This document shows, piece after piece, positions 27,445 to 40,470 of a stretch of DNA of 64,000 bases (within the stretch, counting starts at the first letter, position 1; each line of letters starts with the position of its first letter). The translations under genes were made by a program, and so were the position numbers. The notes under the pieces are model-generated. The model worked only from the letters and a program-made list of their open reading frames with translations. It did not search any database and was not told the origin of the DNA. The stretch is from Eledone cirrhosa (taxonomy: Eukaryota), in the NCBI GenBank assembly GCA_964016885.1, contig OZ024741.1, positions 369,458,001 through 369,522,000 on the forward strand, in the 5' to 3' direction.

Positions 27445-29000
27445 AAGTACCTAGCTAAAAGTAAGCCACTCTACCTGGCATTTGTCGACCTTGAGAAAGC
27501 CTTTGACAGAGTTCCACGTGCTGTAATCTGGTGGGCTCTTAGAAAACTAGGAGTAGATGAATGGCTTGTGAAAGCGGTACAAGCCATGTATAGGGGAGCA
27601 GTCAGCAAAGTTAGGATTGGCAATGAGTATAGCGAGGAATTTAGCGTACAGGTTGGGGTCCGCCAGGGCTCTGTTCTTAACCCCCTCCTGTTCATTATAG
27701 TCCTACAGACAATAACGGAGGAGTTTAAGACCGGATGCCCATTGGAACTCCTGTATGCTGATAACCTCACACTTATAGCTGAATCTATGGTAGAACTAGA
27801 TAAGAAATTCCAAACTTGGAAGCAGGGACTAGAAAGAAAGGGTCTCAATGTCAACATGACAAAGACTAAGGTCCTTGTTAAGTAGACGAGAAAACAGAAC
27901 CCAGATCCCCTCAGGGAAATGACCTTGCTCAGTATGTAGGTAGGAACACTATTCTCTGCCCCAAATGCAAACAATGGGTGCACAAGAGATGTAGCGGGAT
28001 CTCAGGAGGCTTAATTAAGAATGTAGGCTTCACATGCAGCAACTGTGCTGGGACAGCAAGCAGCAAACAGCCACAGGAAACAAGTACCACCAATCTCTGG
28101 GAGGGCTCTGTAGAAATAGTAGACAGCTTCTGCTACCTAGGTGACCGAATTAGCAGCGGAGGTAGGTGTTCAGAAAGTACAATAACTAGGGTAAGAACGG
28201 GATGGAAGAAGTTTGGGGAACTACTATCACTGCTAGCTGCAAAAGGCTTCTCCCTCAAAATGAAAGGCAGACTGTATGATGCGTGTATCCGAACAGCGAT
28301 GTTGCATGGTAGTGAGACCTGGGCGCTGAAGGTGGAAGACTTACGTAGATTAGAGAGAAACGAAGCCTGCATGCTCCGATGGATGTGTAATAGTAATATA
28401 CGCGAACGACAAAGCATAAATGAATTGAGAGGGAGACTGAGCATAAGAGGAATCAAATGCTGTGTGAAGGAGAGGTGGTTGCGTTGGTATGGACATGTGA
28501 TGCGTATGAAGGATGACAGCTGCATAAAAAGGTGCAGAGCACTAGAAGTCGATGGAAACCGCGGAGTGGGGAGACCCAAGATGACCTGGGATGAGGTGAT
28601 AAAAGCCGACCTTACCCAATTACACCTCTCAAAGCCGATGACACACGACCATGACCTCTGGCGTCACGCAGTAATACAGAGTACCCGACCTCCCATGGGT
28701 ACAAGCTGAAGCATATAGACAATATGCCCCCACACCCCCCACTGCAAGGTGGTCGTGGAGGTGCCACGGCACAAAAGCACCCAGTCCACACTGTAAAGTG
28801 GACGTGTAGGCGCCACGAAAAAGCACCCAGCACTCACTGTAAATGAGGTTGGTGTTAGGAAGGGCTGTAGAAATCAAGCCAAATCAGTTCCTGTATGAGC
28901 AAGGCATGGTCAGCCGACCAGACACTGCCCACAACAGGACAACCCATCTAACCCATGCTAGCGTGGAAGAACGGACGTAAAACGGTGATGATGATGATGA
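27445..29000 (+). mobile_element. RTE family A1, 5'-truncated
   Basis: [34 protein letters not shown]; (GAT)n tail; nearly identical to 3634-5478. Confidence 0.92.
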
Positions 29001-29072
29001 TATGTATATGTATATATATATGTATATGTATATATATATGTATGTATATATGTATGTATATATATATATGTA

Positions 29073-29420
29073 TCATTCATCATCATCATCATTTTATTTT
29101 ACGTCCACTTTTCCCTGCTTGCAAAGGTGGGACGGGAACTGATTCTGGCTTGATTTCTACAGCTGGATGCCCTTCCTAACACCAACCTCATTTACAGTGA
29201 GTGCTGGGTGCTTTTTTGCTGTGGCACCTTCACGACCACTTTGCAGTGGAATGATATGGACCCCAGTCCCTATCTTCTCATTTCTAAAGCTGAGTAAACT
29301 GGAGGAATGTGAAATAAAGTGCCTTGCTCAAGGAAACAACACATCACCCGGTCTGAGAATTGAACTCACAACCTTTCGATTGCAAAGCAAATGCTCTAAC
29401 CACTAAGCCATGTGCCTCCA
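29073..29420 (-). mobile_element. tRNA-headed CORE-like SINE with RTE-A1 tail
   Basis: Diverged reverse complement of 29457-29795. Confidence 0.85.
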
Positions 29421-29456
29421 AATATGTATGTATATTATATATATATGTATATATAA

Positions 29457-29795
29457 TGGAGGCACATGGCTTAGTGGTTAGAGCATTGGGCTTGCAATCG
29501 AAAGGTTGTGAGTTCAATTCTCAGACCGGGTGATGTGTTGTTTCCTTGAGCAAGACACTTTATTTCACATTGCTCCAGTTTACTCAGCTGTAGAAATGAG
29601 ATGATAGGGACTGGGGTCCATATCATTCCACTGCAAAGTGGTCGTGAAGGTGCCACGGCAAAAAGCACCCAGCACTCACTGTAAATGAGGTTGGTGTTAG
29701 GAAGGGCATCCAGCTGTAGAAATCAAGCCAGAATCAGTTCCCGTCCCACCCTTGCAAGCAGGGAAAAGCGGACGTAAAATGATGATGATGATGAT
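29457..29795 (+). mobile_element. tRNA-headed CORE-like SINE with RTE-A1 tail
   Basis: A-box TGGCTTAGTGG, B-box GTTCAATTC, core CCTTGAGCAAGACACTT; 3' part matches the RTE-A1 3' UTR (28750-28990); (GAT)n tail. Confidence 0.88.
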
Positions 29796-29835
29796 ATATA
29801 TATGTATGTGTATATATATATGTATGTATATATAT

Positions 29836-32800
29836 ACTCTTCTGAGGCCATTCTGGGGCACCGCCCTTGTTGCTACACATTTTATCTCCAGCCTGTATAG
29901 GTTGGCCACTGGTGTAGGAGGGAGTTTGTTGCTGCTGCCCTTAGGTTTCCTTCGTGCCTTGCTGTGGGCTCATCCGGGATCCTGGTGTCGAGATGTTTCT
30001 TGAAGACATCCACCTCCACATCATGCAAATCTCTCAGATCCCTCGGCAGCATGTTGAAGAGTTGAGGGCCCTTGAATCCCAGGCTATTGCAATACCTGCT
30101 CCTTATTCCAGATGTCCTATTCGACGGTTGGTCCAGCGCCCCATGCCAAAGTTTGGTGCTAGTCTCTCCAGGATTTTCCACATGTAGATCACTGCGTATC
30201 TCTCCCGTCTTCGTTCCAAGGAGTAGAGGTTCAGTTCCTTTAGCCTCTCCCAGTAGTTTGTCTCCTACATCGTGGCAATCCTCTTGGTGTAGCTTCGCTG
30301 GATTGCCTCAAGCTCCGTGGTTAGTTTGACACTATGGGGTGACCACAACTGGGAGCAGTAGTCCAGGCGGCTTAGGACAAATGTCCTCCATAGTGTCAAC
30401 ATGGTGTCTCGATCACTTGTCCGGAAAATCCTCAAGATCCAGCCAGCGAGTCGTCTGCACATTGTCGCCACTTTCATGATGTGTGAGGAAAAAGATGCAT
30501 CATCGCTCATGTCTATGCCCAGGTCTCGTATCGATTTTGACACGGAGATATCGGTCCCTCCTGGTCCTGTGTAGCTGTGTTCCACTATATTTGTGTTTGC
30601 AGGTTTGTTTGGAGGTTTGTATTGTAGGGCTTAGAATTTGCCACCATTAAACTGCATGTTGTTTTCTTCCGCCCATTTGCATATGGTATCCAGATCTTTA
30701 TTGTAAAAGGGCAGCGTCAGCCGGGTTTTTGATTGCCTGTGCTACCTTAGTGTCATCAGCATAGCTAGTGAGGGATGTTGTTGTATGTACTACAGAGGGA
30801 ATGTCTGAGAGAGCCACCAAAAACAGTAGTGGTCCAAGGACTGTCCCCTGGGGCACCCCACTTGTTATTGGTGTTTCCTTTGGGAGGGCCCCATTTGCTG
30901 CGACTGTCTGACTTCTGTCCTTTCCTTTAGGAAGTCATGCAGCCACTCACCTACTTTTCCAGTTATGCCGAGTCCGTGTAGTTTGTGACATATCATTCCG
31001 TGGTCGACCTTGTCAAAGGCCTTCGCAAAGTCAAGATATATCACGTCCACATGTGAGCTGTCTAGTAGTTGTCTCAGTAGCCAGTCGTAGTGATGTAGCA
31101 GCTGTGTAAGGCAGCTTCTTCCTGGGCGGAAGCCATGTTGCGTGCTAGTCAGGCGGTCATTTTCCTCGAGGAAAGTGATCAGTTTCTTTCTGACGACTCG
31201 CTCCATGGCCTTACTGATATGCGACGTCAGGGAGACTGGCCTATAGTTCTTGGCCTCCGCTCTACTTCCTCCTTTATGGATAGGGCATATTGTGCCTTCT
31301 TTCAGCTCCCCGGGTAGTACACCGCTAGCCAAGGAGATTCTGAAGAGCATCTTCAGTGGAGTTGCTAAGGCCCGCTTACATATTTTAAAGAGAACTGCTG
31401 GGAATCCATCAGGTCCAGCAGCCGAGTCTGTTCTAATTTCATCAATGGCGTACACCACATCCTCCTCCGTTATGTCTATGTGGTTGATGGTTGCCATTTC
31501 TTGATGTAGTGTTGTGGCATCAAAGAACTCCTCTGGCTTCGTTATTTGCATGTGCCTCAGTGGACATGTGAACACACTTTTGTACTGTTCGTTCAGTATT
31601 TCACATATCTCTTGGGGGTTTTCGGTTAATGAACCGTCCGTGTGGAAGAGTGGCCCAATCTTGCAGTGCACCGAGGCAGTTTCTTTTGCAAATTTAAAGA
31701 AGGCCTTAGGGTTTGTTTTAATGTTTTCTATGGCCCTGTTCTCTTTCTTTGCCCTCTCATTCTCATGGGAAAGTTTGAGTGCAATCTCGGTGTCAAGTAG
31801 TGCACGTTTCAAATAGGATTCCTTCTTGTTTTGGTTTTGTTGACTATTCAACTGGTTTGAGAGCTTGGTTCTACGTCTCATAAGGATTTTCCTATCTCTG
31901 GGAATAAGATTTTTGTGCCTGTTTGCCTTTTTCTCCGGGACAAACTTTTTGCATATAGTGTGTATCGTTGTCATGAAGTGTTGAAATTGTGTGTTAGTGT
32001 CTTGTGTGGCGGTGTTTTCACTTCATGTTTGCTTCCGGATTTCTCTCTTAATCTTTTTCCAATTAGCCTTGTAGAAGTTAAGGCTGGATAGCGTCCCGGA
32101 GCTTCTTGGTGGTTTTGTCTCTGTTGGTTCTCTTGGACCACATATCATTAGCTCTACTAAGTTATGATCCGAGAGAATTGTTGGTGTCCCCTTTACATTG
32201 TGGATGAGCACTTCGTTGTTTGTAAAATAGAGGTCCAGGACATTTTCGCCTCTTGTTGGGAGGAGTATTGCTTGCTCCATGAACAGCCTGTGTGTGAGGG
32301 CCAGCAGGGATTCCGTCTGTCTCTGTTCTATTGACGTCATTCCAGGGAGGAGGTGGCCCTCAGGCCATTTGACCTTTGGTAGGTTGAAGCCTCCCAGCAG
32401 TAGAATGTTGAGACCCTGGTCCAGTTTGTCAAGGACCTCTTCTATCCTACTGAGGCTATCCTCAAATTTACCCTCATGACTGGGGGCATCGGGCGGCCGA
32501 TATGTGACACATATTACCGTCTGTAGTTGCTTCATATGTATTATCAGTGTGTCACAGACTGAGTTTGAATGTGTCAACAGAACAATTGGTGTGACATCTT
32601 CACGGATATACAGAGCAACCCCACTATGAGTTCTCTCCTTCCTGTCCAAACGAAATACAGTATATTTCGATATATGTATTTCTGCATCTGCTATACTGCT
32701 TGTCAGGTGTGTTTCGGTTAGTGCCATGCATAGTGCTTGATTGCTTATGGCTAAGTCTCCCAGGTAGGAAATTTTACTCATGTTACTGAGTTTCACCAGG

Positions 32801-34678
32801 CCTCTGACATTCAGCAGCAGCACTGGTGTGACTTTTGGGGTGCCAGTAATGGCTGTCGGTATGACACCTGGTCTGGTGTCAGCGGCGGCCACTCTGGGTC
32901 CCTTAGCTGTGGTGGTCTCGAGTGCTGGTGTGGGTGACCCTGGCTTTGGAAAGGATGCAGCCAGGTCAGCTGTCCCACAATCTGCCATCACTAAAAAAAT
33001 TTTCTGCTCTGCTGCTGCCATCTGTACCTCGTCGGCATGTGCGTGCCTTCTCCTTGTTGGTGCGGCACGCGCGACATCAGCATACTTCTGGAGCGGCTTA
33101 TTTCGGCTTTGGCTGGGGCATGTTGCGCAAGTAGGATGGGCATAGTTTGTTTGAGACCTGGGGTGAGCGAATCTGCATCCCATCCCTGTCTCTCCATGCC
33201 AGCATGTCCCGTTCTTGAAAAACTTGCACATTACTTGTTTTTTTTTGCTCCCAGTGTCTCGGTGCTTTCTGTTCTTCTTTTGAACAGTTGTCCACTGGTC
33301 CCTCTGCGCTTGGTTCTCCTTCGGAAGGTGATTTCGCTTTTCACCTTTGCCCTTTGCTTGTTGGTTGCCCGGCCTGCCCTCCCTGACTGTGGCGGAGGGT
33401 ATCTCATATTCTTTCAGGTCCGTGCTTGTGCTCTCCTCTCCCTTCTCTTCGGTTTTCTCCTCCCTGAGGACACGGCTTAGCATCGCCATATGTGGCGTTA
33501 TGAGGACATACGCCTTCTCAATTTCTTTTCTCTTTCTCTCTATCTGTGCCAGGGTCCTCAGAAACCCATGGCTTTTCAGGTTCTCCGCCATCTTTTTGCT
33601 TGGTGGAGACCCATCAGCCATGGTCCACCCCTTGATCAAAACCGCTAGTTCCATCTTTGACCAGTTTCGCTGACTCCTAATTTCACCTTTTTCCTGTATG
33701 CAGTCGATTTCGCTGTGGAGGGGAGAAAGAGAGATAGTGGGAAGTATAGGGTAGCAGTTAGAGAGGGACAGAGGGAGGGAGATATACGTGCAGTGAGAAA
33801 TGAGATTTAGAGAGAGAGAGAGCTCGTGTGATCTAGAGAGAGAGAGCTCGTGTGATCTATAGAGAGAGAGAGAGAGAGAGAGGAAGGAAGGAGAGAGACA
33901 GAGACAGCGTGAGAAATAGCAATACAGAAAGTGAGAGAGCGGTCAAAGAAAACTATAAATATTAGTAATAAATATCGTTCAAAGAATATTTTGCGATTAA
34001 AACACCAAAACAAAGTGAACATCAAATGATATCCACATGAAATATAAAGGAGACAGAATAAGTTAAGATAAAATAAAATAAAATAAGATAAGATAAGATA
34101 AGATAAATCAAAAACAAATTAAATGAATGAAACCCAAAAAGTTAAAGATATAGAAACACGATGTAAGTTGTATATAAGTTGAATTCAAATGTTCGTTTAC
34201 AAATATAAATAACGGGAACCGTATAGATTGACCATAGTTATTTTAATATCAGTATATCAAACAACAAACACACATGCTCACCGAGTCAAAAACAAATAAA
34301 ATTATGTTAAATTAAATTGTTTACTCAGAAAAAACAAAATAATACAAGATCTACTTAAGTTAAATTAAAATTAAATTACGTACTAAAATTAAATTACGTA
34401 TACTCTGTATGGTAGTCAACGAAAAATAGAAAGCACGTGTGTGTGTTGTTTTTAGGAGGATATCACACAGTGAAAATAAACATGTTTAAAACGCTAATGT
34501 ATGTAAAATACACGTCAAAATAATCGCGTCAAAGCACAAAAACTTATCTTTTTTGTATGTTTTCCTTGTCTTCTGAAATATTAAAGCCATACATAAAACC
34601 GATTACTGTCGATTTAAAATTTTAAAATTTCAAATCTGGACGTTCAACAATTCACGTCCGTACCAACAAGTTGACAAG

Positions 34679-34681
<3 letters not shown>
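29836..34681 (-). mobile_element. CR1/Jockey-group LINE, probably full-length, frameshifted
   Basis: RT motifs NYRPVSLTS, QHGFR, YLDFAKAFDKV, GVPQG, YADD (30752-63), DLG, LDYCSQLWSP, LERRRER; (TA)n on both sides. The 5' boundary is uncertain. Confidence 0.88.
32023..33654 (-). CDS. CCCH zinc-finger ORF1-like region in frame with APE endonuclease
   Basis: CKFFKNGTCWHGETGMGCRFAH (C-x7-C-x8-C-x3-H); LNVRGL, LTETHL, YRPP, LDLYF, SDHN. Confidence 0.75.
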   Translation of the reverse strand: MELAVLIKGWTMADGSPPSKKMAENLKSHGFLRTLAQIERKRKEIEKAYVLITPHMAMLSRVLREEKTEEKGEESTSTDLKEYEIPSATVREGRPGNQQAKGKGEKRNHLPKENQAQRDQWTTVQKKNRKHRDTGSKKKQVMCKFFKNGTCWHGETGMGCRFAHPRSQTNYAHPTCATCPSQSRNKPLQKYADVARAAPTRRRHAHADEVQMAAAEQKIFLVMADCGTADLAASFPKPGSPTPALETTTAKGPRVAAADTRPGVIPTAITGTPKVTPVLLLNVRGLVKLSNMSKISYLGDLAISNQALCMALTETHLTSSIADAEIHISKYTVFRLDRKERTHSGVALYIREDVTPIVLLTHSNSVCDTLIIHMKQLQTVICVTYRPPDAPSHEGKFEDSLSRIEEVLDKLDQGLNILLLGGFNLPKVKWPEGHLLPGMTSIEQRQTESLLALTHRLFMEQAILLPTRGENVLDLYFTNNEVLIHNVKGTPTILSDHNLVELMICGPREPTETKPPRSSGTLSSLNFYKANWKKIKREIRKQT

Positions 34682-34773
<92 letters not shown>

Positions 34774-34782
34774 ATATATATG

Positions 34783-34813
<31 letters not shown>

Positions 34814-34845
34814 ATATATATATGTATATATATGTATATATATGT

Positions 34846-35342
34846 AGATAAATCTACCAAAAGTTTACGGTAGTGTCCAATCCGTATGAAGAACTCAATG
34901 TAATCCGGATATCATGAAAAGAAGAGATGCATTCAAAAATCACTTTCGGTGAAAGATAAACGGAATACAGAGTCAAGATTAATTATTAAAAAAAATAATG
35001 AATAAACAAAGAAACAGTTCCTTATATTAAACAAAAAAAGTTCATTATTTTACGATCGTTTCTAGGACATATATGTGTTAGAATTGGTATGCATATTCAA
35101 AAGATCTATGTACAAAATTATACAAACTATCAAATAGAATATACATACATGTATGTATATTCTCTTTGATAGTTTATATAATTTTGTACATAGATCTTTT
35201 GAATATGCATACCAATTCTAACACATATATGTCCTAGAAACGATCGTAAAATAATGAACTTTTTTTGTTTAATATAAGGAACTGTTTCTTTGTTTATTCA
35301 TCATTTTTTTTAATAATTTATCTTGACTCTGTATTCCGTTTA
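34846..35342. mobile_element. Loop-less fold-back (about 193-bp arms) carrying the 3' half of an HHR; about 110-nt left extension
   Basis: 34957-35149 / 35150-35342; GAAAC-GATC-GTA at 35237-35248. Confidence 0.85.
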
Positions 35343-35391
35343 TATGTATATATATATATATGTATGTATATATATATGTATATATATATAT

Positions 35392-36001
35392 GTCAGGTCA
35401 CCAGTTGGTGCTACAGGTAACATGTATCCCATGTACAACTTGTCTCATGGTCGGGCCGTTGGCGACTAAACTGGCAACCCCACCAAGGTTTCTTGGTGAG
35501 GAGGGTGACTTTGGACATCCTGCCGGACTAAAAACAAAACCCGTCAAAGGGCAAAGGAGCTCGTAAGAGTCAATGGCCATCCAAAATCACCGGGAGAGAT
35601 AACCCCTTAGCCTTTGTCAAGGCAGAATTCTAGGAGAAGGAAAACTCTGATATAACACCTGCAACCCTGATGGTATCCAATGATGTTGACTTGTTCTTCT
35701 TTTTGGTAAATATCATCTTGGTTAAGAGAGTGGGACTGGCTTTGTGCAGTGCCTTTGCTCACTATAAAAGCTTCACGGCACAGGCATTGCTTTATATCTG
35801 GAGATCTCTCTGCACTTGTCGTCACATGGTACCAAGGGCCCAGCACTATGTGTCAATAATTGTCACAGGTGTACTGTTTGTACCAGAGTTTTCAAGTCGC
35901 TGGCTGGACTAAAAAGTCACTCGTTCAGCGCATCGGTAGGAGTTCTCCTACATGGATATAAAGTAGTGGCCGTACTCGAAAACGAGTTGGCAGCCACCAT
36001 C
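35392..36001 (+). mobile_element. Internally deleted non-autonomous RTE derivative (5' UTR plus 3' end)
   Basis: RTE-like 5' UTR motif GGAGAAGGAAAACTCTGA; C2H2 remnant [17 protein letters not shown]; 3' end TGGCCGTACTCGA..GGCAGC like 62157-62179. Confidence 0.65.
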
Positions 36002-36236
36002 TATATATGTATGTATATATATATATATGTATATATATATGTATGTATATATATATGTATGTATATATATATATGTATGTATATATATATATACATGTAT
36101 GTATATATATATATATGTATGTATATATATATATGTATGTATATATATATATATATACACATGTATATATATATGTATGTATATATATATATATGTATGT
36201 ATGTATATGTATGTATATATATATATACATGTATGT

Positions 36237-36277
<41 letters not shown>

Positions 36278-36296
36278 TATGTATATATATATATCT

Positions 36297-36767
36297 ATCA
36301 GAGTATTGAAACCTTGTGGTATAATAAGGTATATTTCCCTAGGTCGTTTTGGAATACTATCACAACCACACACTATTCAACAGGGCAGATAATACAATGG
36401 ACGACAGCTAACGCCACCCCACTCCCACAATCGAAAGAACTATTTCGGCCGCCGACCTCTGCTTGACTGACCCCATTCCACGCGCACTCTGCTGAATACC
36501 TCAGATATTCAAAACAGCGAACAGCGGAGGACACGTTTCGCACCTTTCCGACAGGCAACATTAAGTTGATGGATTTGAATCCGAAATATATAGGGACAAT
36601 TAAATCTCTCCCAAGGTAACTCTATCTCGTGTTATTATTTTTATTCTTTACGGTTTTTCTTACATTCTTCTAGACGCTACACATATCAACCTCTCTCTCC
36701 ACCACCGGATCTTGTTACCCGGAGATTTACCCATCTGCATTGTTGAGGCTTCCAAAACGAACTAAAG

Positions 36768-36770
<3 letters not shown>
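36297..36770 (+). mobile_element. Solo pLTR related to the PLE at 37102-39341
   Basis: Diverged match to 38910-39341. Confidence 0.75.
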
Positions 36771-36834
<64 letters not shown>

Positions 36835-36836
<2 letters not shown>

Positions 36837-37082
36837 GGAACGAGTAGGACCCCGACGGCTGAGCTCAAGCCGTTTCGACGGTTAATTCTGGACTAGAATT
36901 AGCCGTCCAATTCTGGACTTAGAATTAGCCGACTAGAATTAGCAGTCCAGAATTAGCCGTCGAAACGGCTTGAGCTCAGCCGTCGGGATCCTACTCATTC
37001 CTATTACCCACTCTACTACCCTAAGTATTCAGTACTTTGGTGCGTTATGGTCCACCTGGTTCCTGTTCACATTTCCTTCGTT
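36835..37082. mobile_element. Minimal fold-back of the 53894-family pLTR 3' end with a scrambled centre
   Basis: About 62-bp arms bearing the GAAAC..GTC half of the HHR; 80-nt right tail. Confidence 0.85.
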
Positions 37083-37101
37083 ATATGTATATATATATAT
37101 A

Positions 37102-39340
37102 TGTAAATATCTTTAAGTCGTTTGGAAGCCTCGACAATGCAAATGGGTAAATCTCCGGGTAACAAGGTCCGGTGGTGGAGAGAGAGATGTAAGTGGGTGT
37201 ACGTTGAGATGCGTGGTGTGTATAATATGTGTGAGATGTGTAGAATGAAGGGAAGAGTATAAAGGATAAAAATAAAAATAAGAATAACAACACAAGAGAG
37301 AGTTACCTTGGGAGAGATTTAATAGTCCCTATATATTTCGGATTCACATCCATCAACTGGGTTTTTTCCGGGGTGGGGGAAAAGGTTGTCTGTCGGACAA
37401 CTCGGAACGCGTCTTTCGCTGTTTGTTGATTTGAATATCTGAGGTATTCGGCAGAGCGCGCGTGCGCGTGAAATGGGGTCGGTCGTACAGAGGTCAGCGG
37501 CCGAATGAGGGAGTGGGATGGCGCTAGCTGTCAGTCCATTCTATGCCTGTTTGTTAAATGTTACTGTGTGTGTGTGTCCGTGTGTAGTTGTCTCGCTTGA
37601 GTGTGTGTGTGTGTGTTGTTGTTGCCTTGTTCATCTGTATTGGCAGTGTAGTATGTTCGTATGGTGGAATGCTACTGTGTGTGTGTGCGTGTGTGTGTGT
37701 AGTTGTCTCGTTTGCGTGTGTGTGTGCGTGTGTTGTGTGTTGTTGCATCGCTTGTTAACTTAAACCAGCCATTTCATTTCGCTTCTCTCTGATCGGTTGT
37801 TTATTTGCGGTTGCAGTCGTCTGATAAAAAGCGCTTCCTTGATACGTAACGTGCCGACGTTTCTTTCAGTCGCTAGAATTGTGACAATGGCCCCTCCGTC
37901 TTTGTTTCCGCATTTGTCTATGTGTTTCCAGAAAGACGAGGCCCTGGTGTTAGTGTGTTCCTTGATCCGGATGTGCAAAGGTCGAATTGTGCTACCTATG
38001 TAGTATTGGTTGCACCTGTCACATTCTATCTTATACACGACGTATGTGCGTAGGCAACAGTTAGCATGGCGTATCGGGCAGTCTCTGAGGGAGCATGCGT
38101 CAGTAGTTTCTTGGGTTTCCTGGAGAGGCATTTTCGCAGTGAGGGGCCCGAGTGGGCCAGGTGGATGTCGAGGCCCTCCCTCCGTATAGCCTTGCGGATA
38201 GCGTTGGTGGTTTTCTCGCCCAGGTGTGGCATTTTAAGGAAGCACTTGCCTTGGGTGCTACTCTGTCTCTTGCGTCTGGTGTCTCCTATTCTGTCTGTGA
38301 TCCAGCACCTCGAGGAATCGCTTGGTATGAGTGACACCACTCGCGGGATCACTGCATCTGTTTTTGATTCGTGCGATCTCGTTCGTGATGTATCCTCTTT
38401 TGGCACTGTTAGGGAGGGCGGACTTGTAGTGAACGAACAGGTCCCTGCAGGCTGCCTTTCTGTAGAAGTTGCAGTGGATCCCTCCTTGTTCCGTGATGTT
38501 GATTCAGAAGTCGAGGAGGGCAAGTGACCCGTCTTCGTTGGGGTGTTCAACACTGAAGTCAATGTTCTCGTCCGTGTTGTTGAACGTCTCATAGATTCTG
38601 TTCGCCGTGTCTTGGGAAGATGTGAGGATGAGGATGTCGTCCACGTATTTTGAGAAAAAGGCTACGGCGTTGGGGTGGCAGGCGTTGAGTGCCTTGCGTT
38701 CGAGGTTGTCCATGTAGGAGATCGCTAGCACACCTGATAGACTTGATCCCATGGGCAATCCCGAGGTTTGTTGGTATATTTGGTCAAGGAATCCGAAGTA
38801 GGTGTTGTCGACGACGATGGATAGGAGTTGGTGGATGTCAGTGGTGGTGAGCACGAAGCAGTGTAGGTCGGTGGATTGGACGCGTTCCATTAGTATATTG
38901 ACGGCCGGGAGAATGGACTGACAGCTAGCGCCATCCCACTCCCTCATTCGGCCGCTGACCTCTGTACGACCGACTCCATTTCACGCGCACGCGCGCTCTG
39001 CCGAATACCTCAGATATTCAAATCAACAAACAGCGAAAGACGCGTTCCGAGTTGTCCGACAGACAACCTTTTCCCCCACCCCGGAAAAAAACCCAGTTGA
39101 TGGATGTGAATCCGAAATATATAGGGACTATTAAATCTCTCCCAAGGTAACTCTCTCTTGTGTTGTTATTCTTATTTTTATTTTTATCCTTTATACTCTT
39201 CCCTTCATTCTACACATCTCACACATATTATACACACCACGCATCTCAACGTACACCCACTTACATCTCTCTCTCCACCACCGGACCTTGTTACCCGGAG
39301 ATTTACCCATTTGCATTGTCGAGGCTTCCAAACGACTTAA

Positions 39341-39341
<1 letters not shown>
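37102..39341 (-). mobile_element. Penelope-like element, 5'-truncated, inverted pLTRs
   Basis: Arms 37112-37542 / 38910-39341. Confidence 0.92.
37760..38909 (-). pseudogene. PLE reverse transcriptase plus GIY-YIG, frameshifted
   Basis: YQQTSGLPMGSSLS, KYVDDIL, LLD; VVYKIEC..C.QYYIGST.RPLHIRIKEH, EALFI....PQIN. Confidence 0.92.
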
Positions 39342-39955
<614 letters not shown>

Positions 39956-40201
39956 ATATATGTATATGTATATATATATATGTATATGTATATATATATG
40001 TATATATATATATGTTTATGTATATATATATATGTGTATATATGTATATATATATGTTTATGTATATATATATGTGTATAATATATATATGTTTATCTAT
40101 ATATATATGTATGTATATATATATGTATATGTATATATGTATGTATGTATATATGTATGTATATATATATATATGTATATATATATATGTATGTATATAT
40201 G

Positions 40202-40260
<59 letters not shown>

Positions 40261-40357
40261 GTATATATATATGTATGTATATATTTATATGTATATATAT
40301 ATATATATGTGTGTATATATATGTGTATATAAATATGTGTATATATATGTATATATG

Positions 40358-40456
<99 letters not shown>

Positions 40457-40470
40457 GTATATATATGTAT

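Noticed and set aside
29457-29530. Possible tRNA gene
   Set aside because: Has A/B boxes but no proper acceptor stem, and continues into SINE core and LINE tail.
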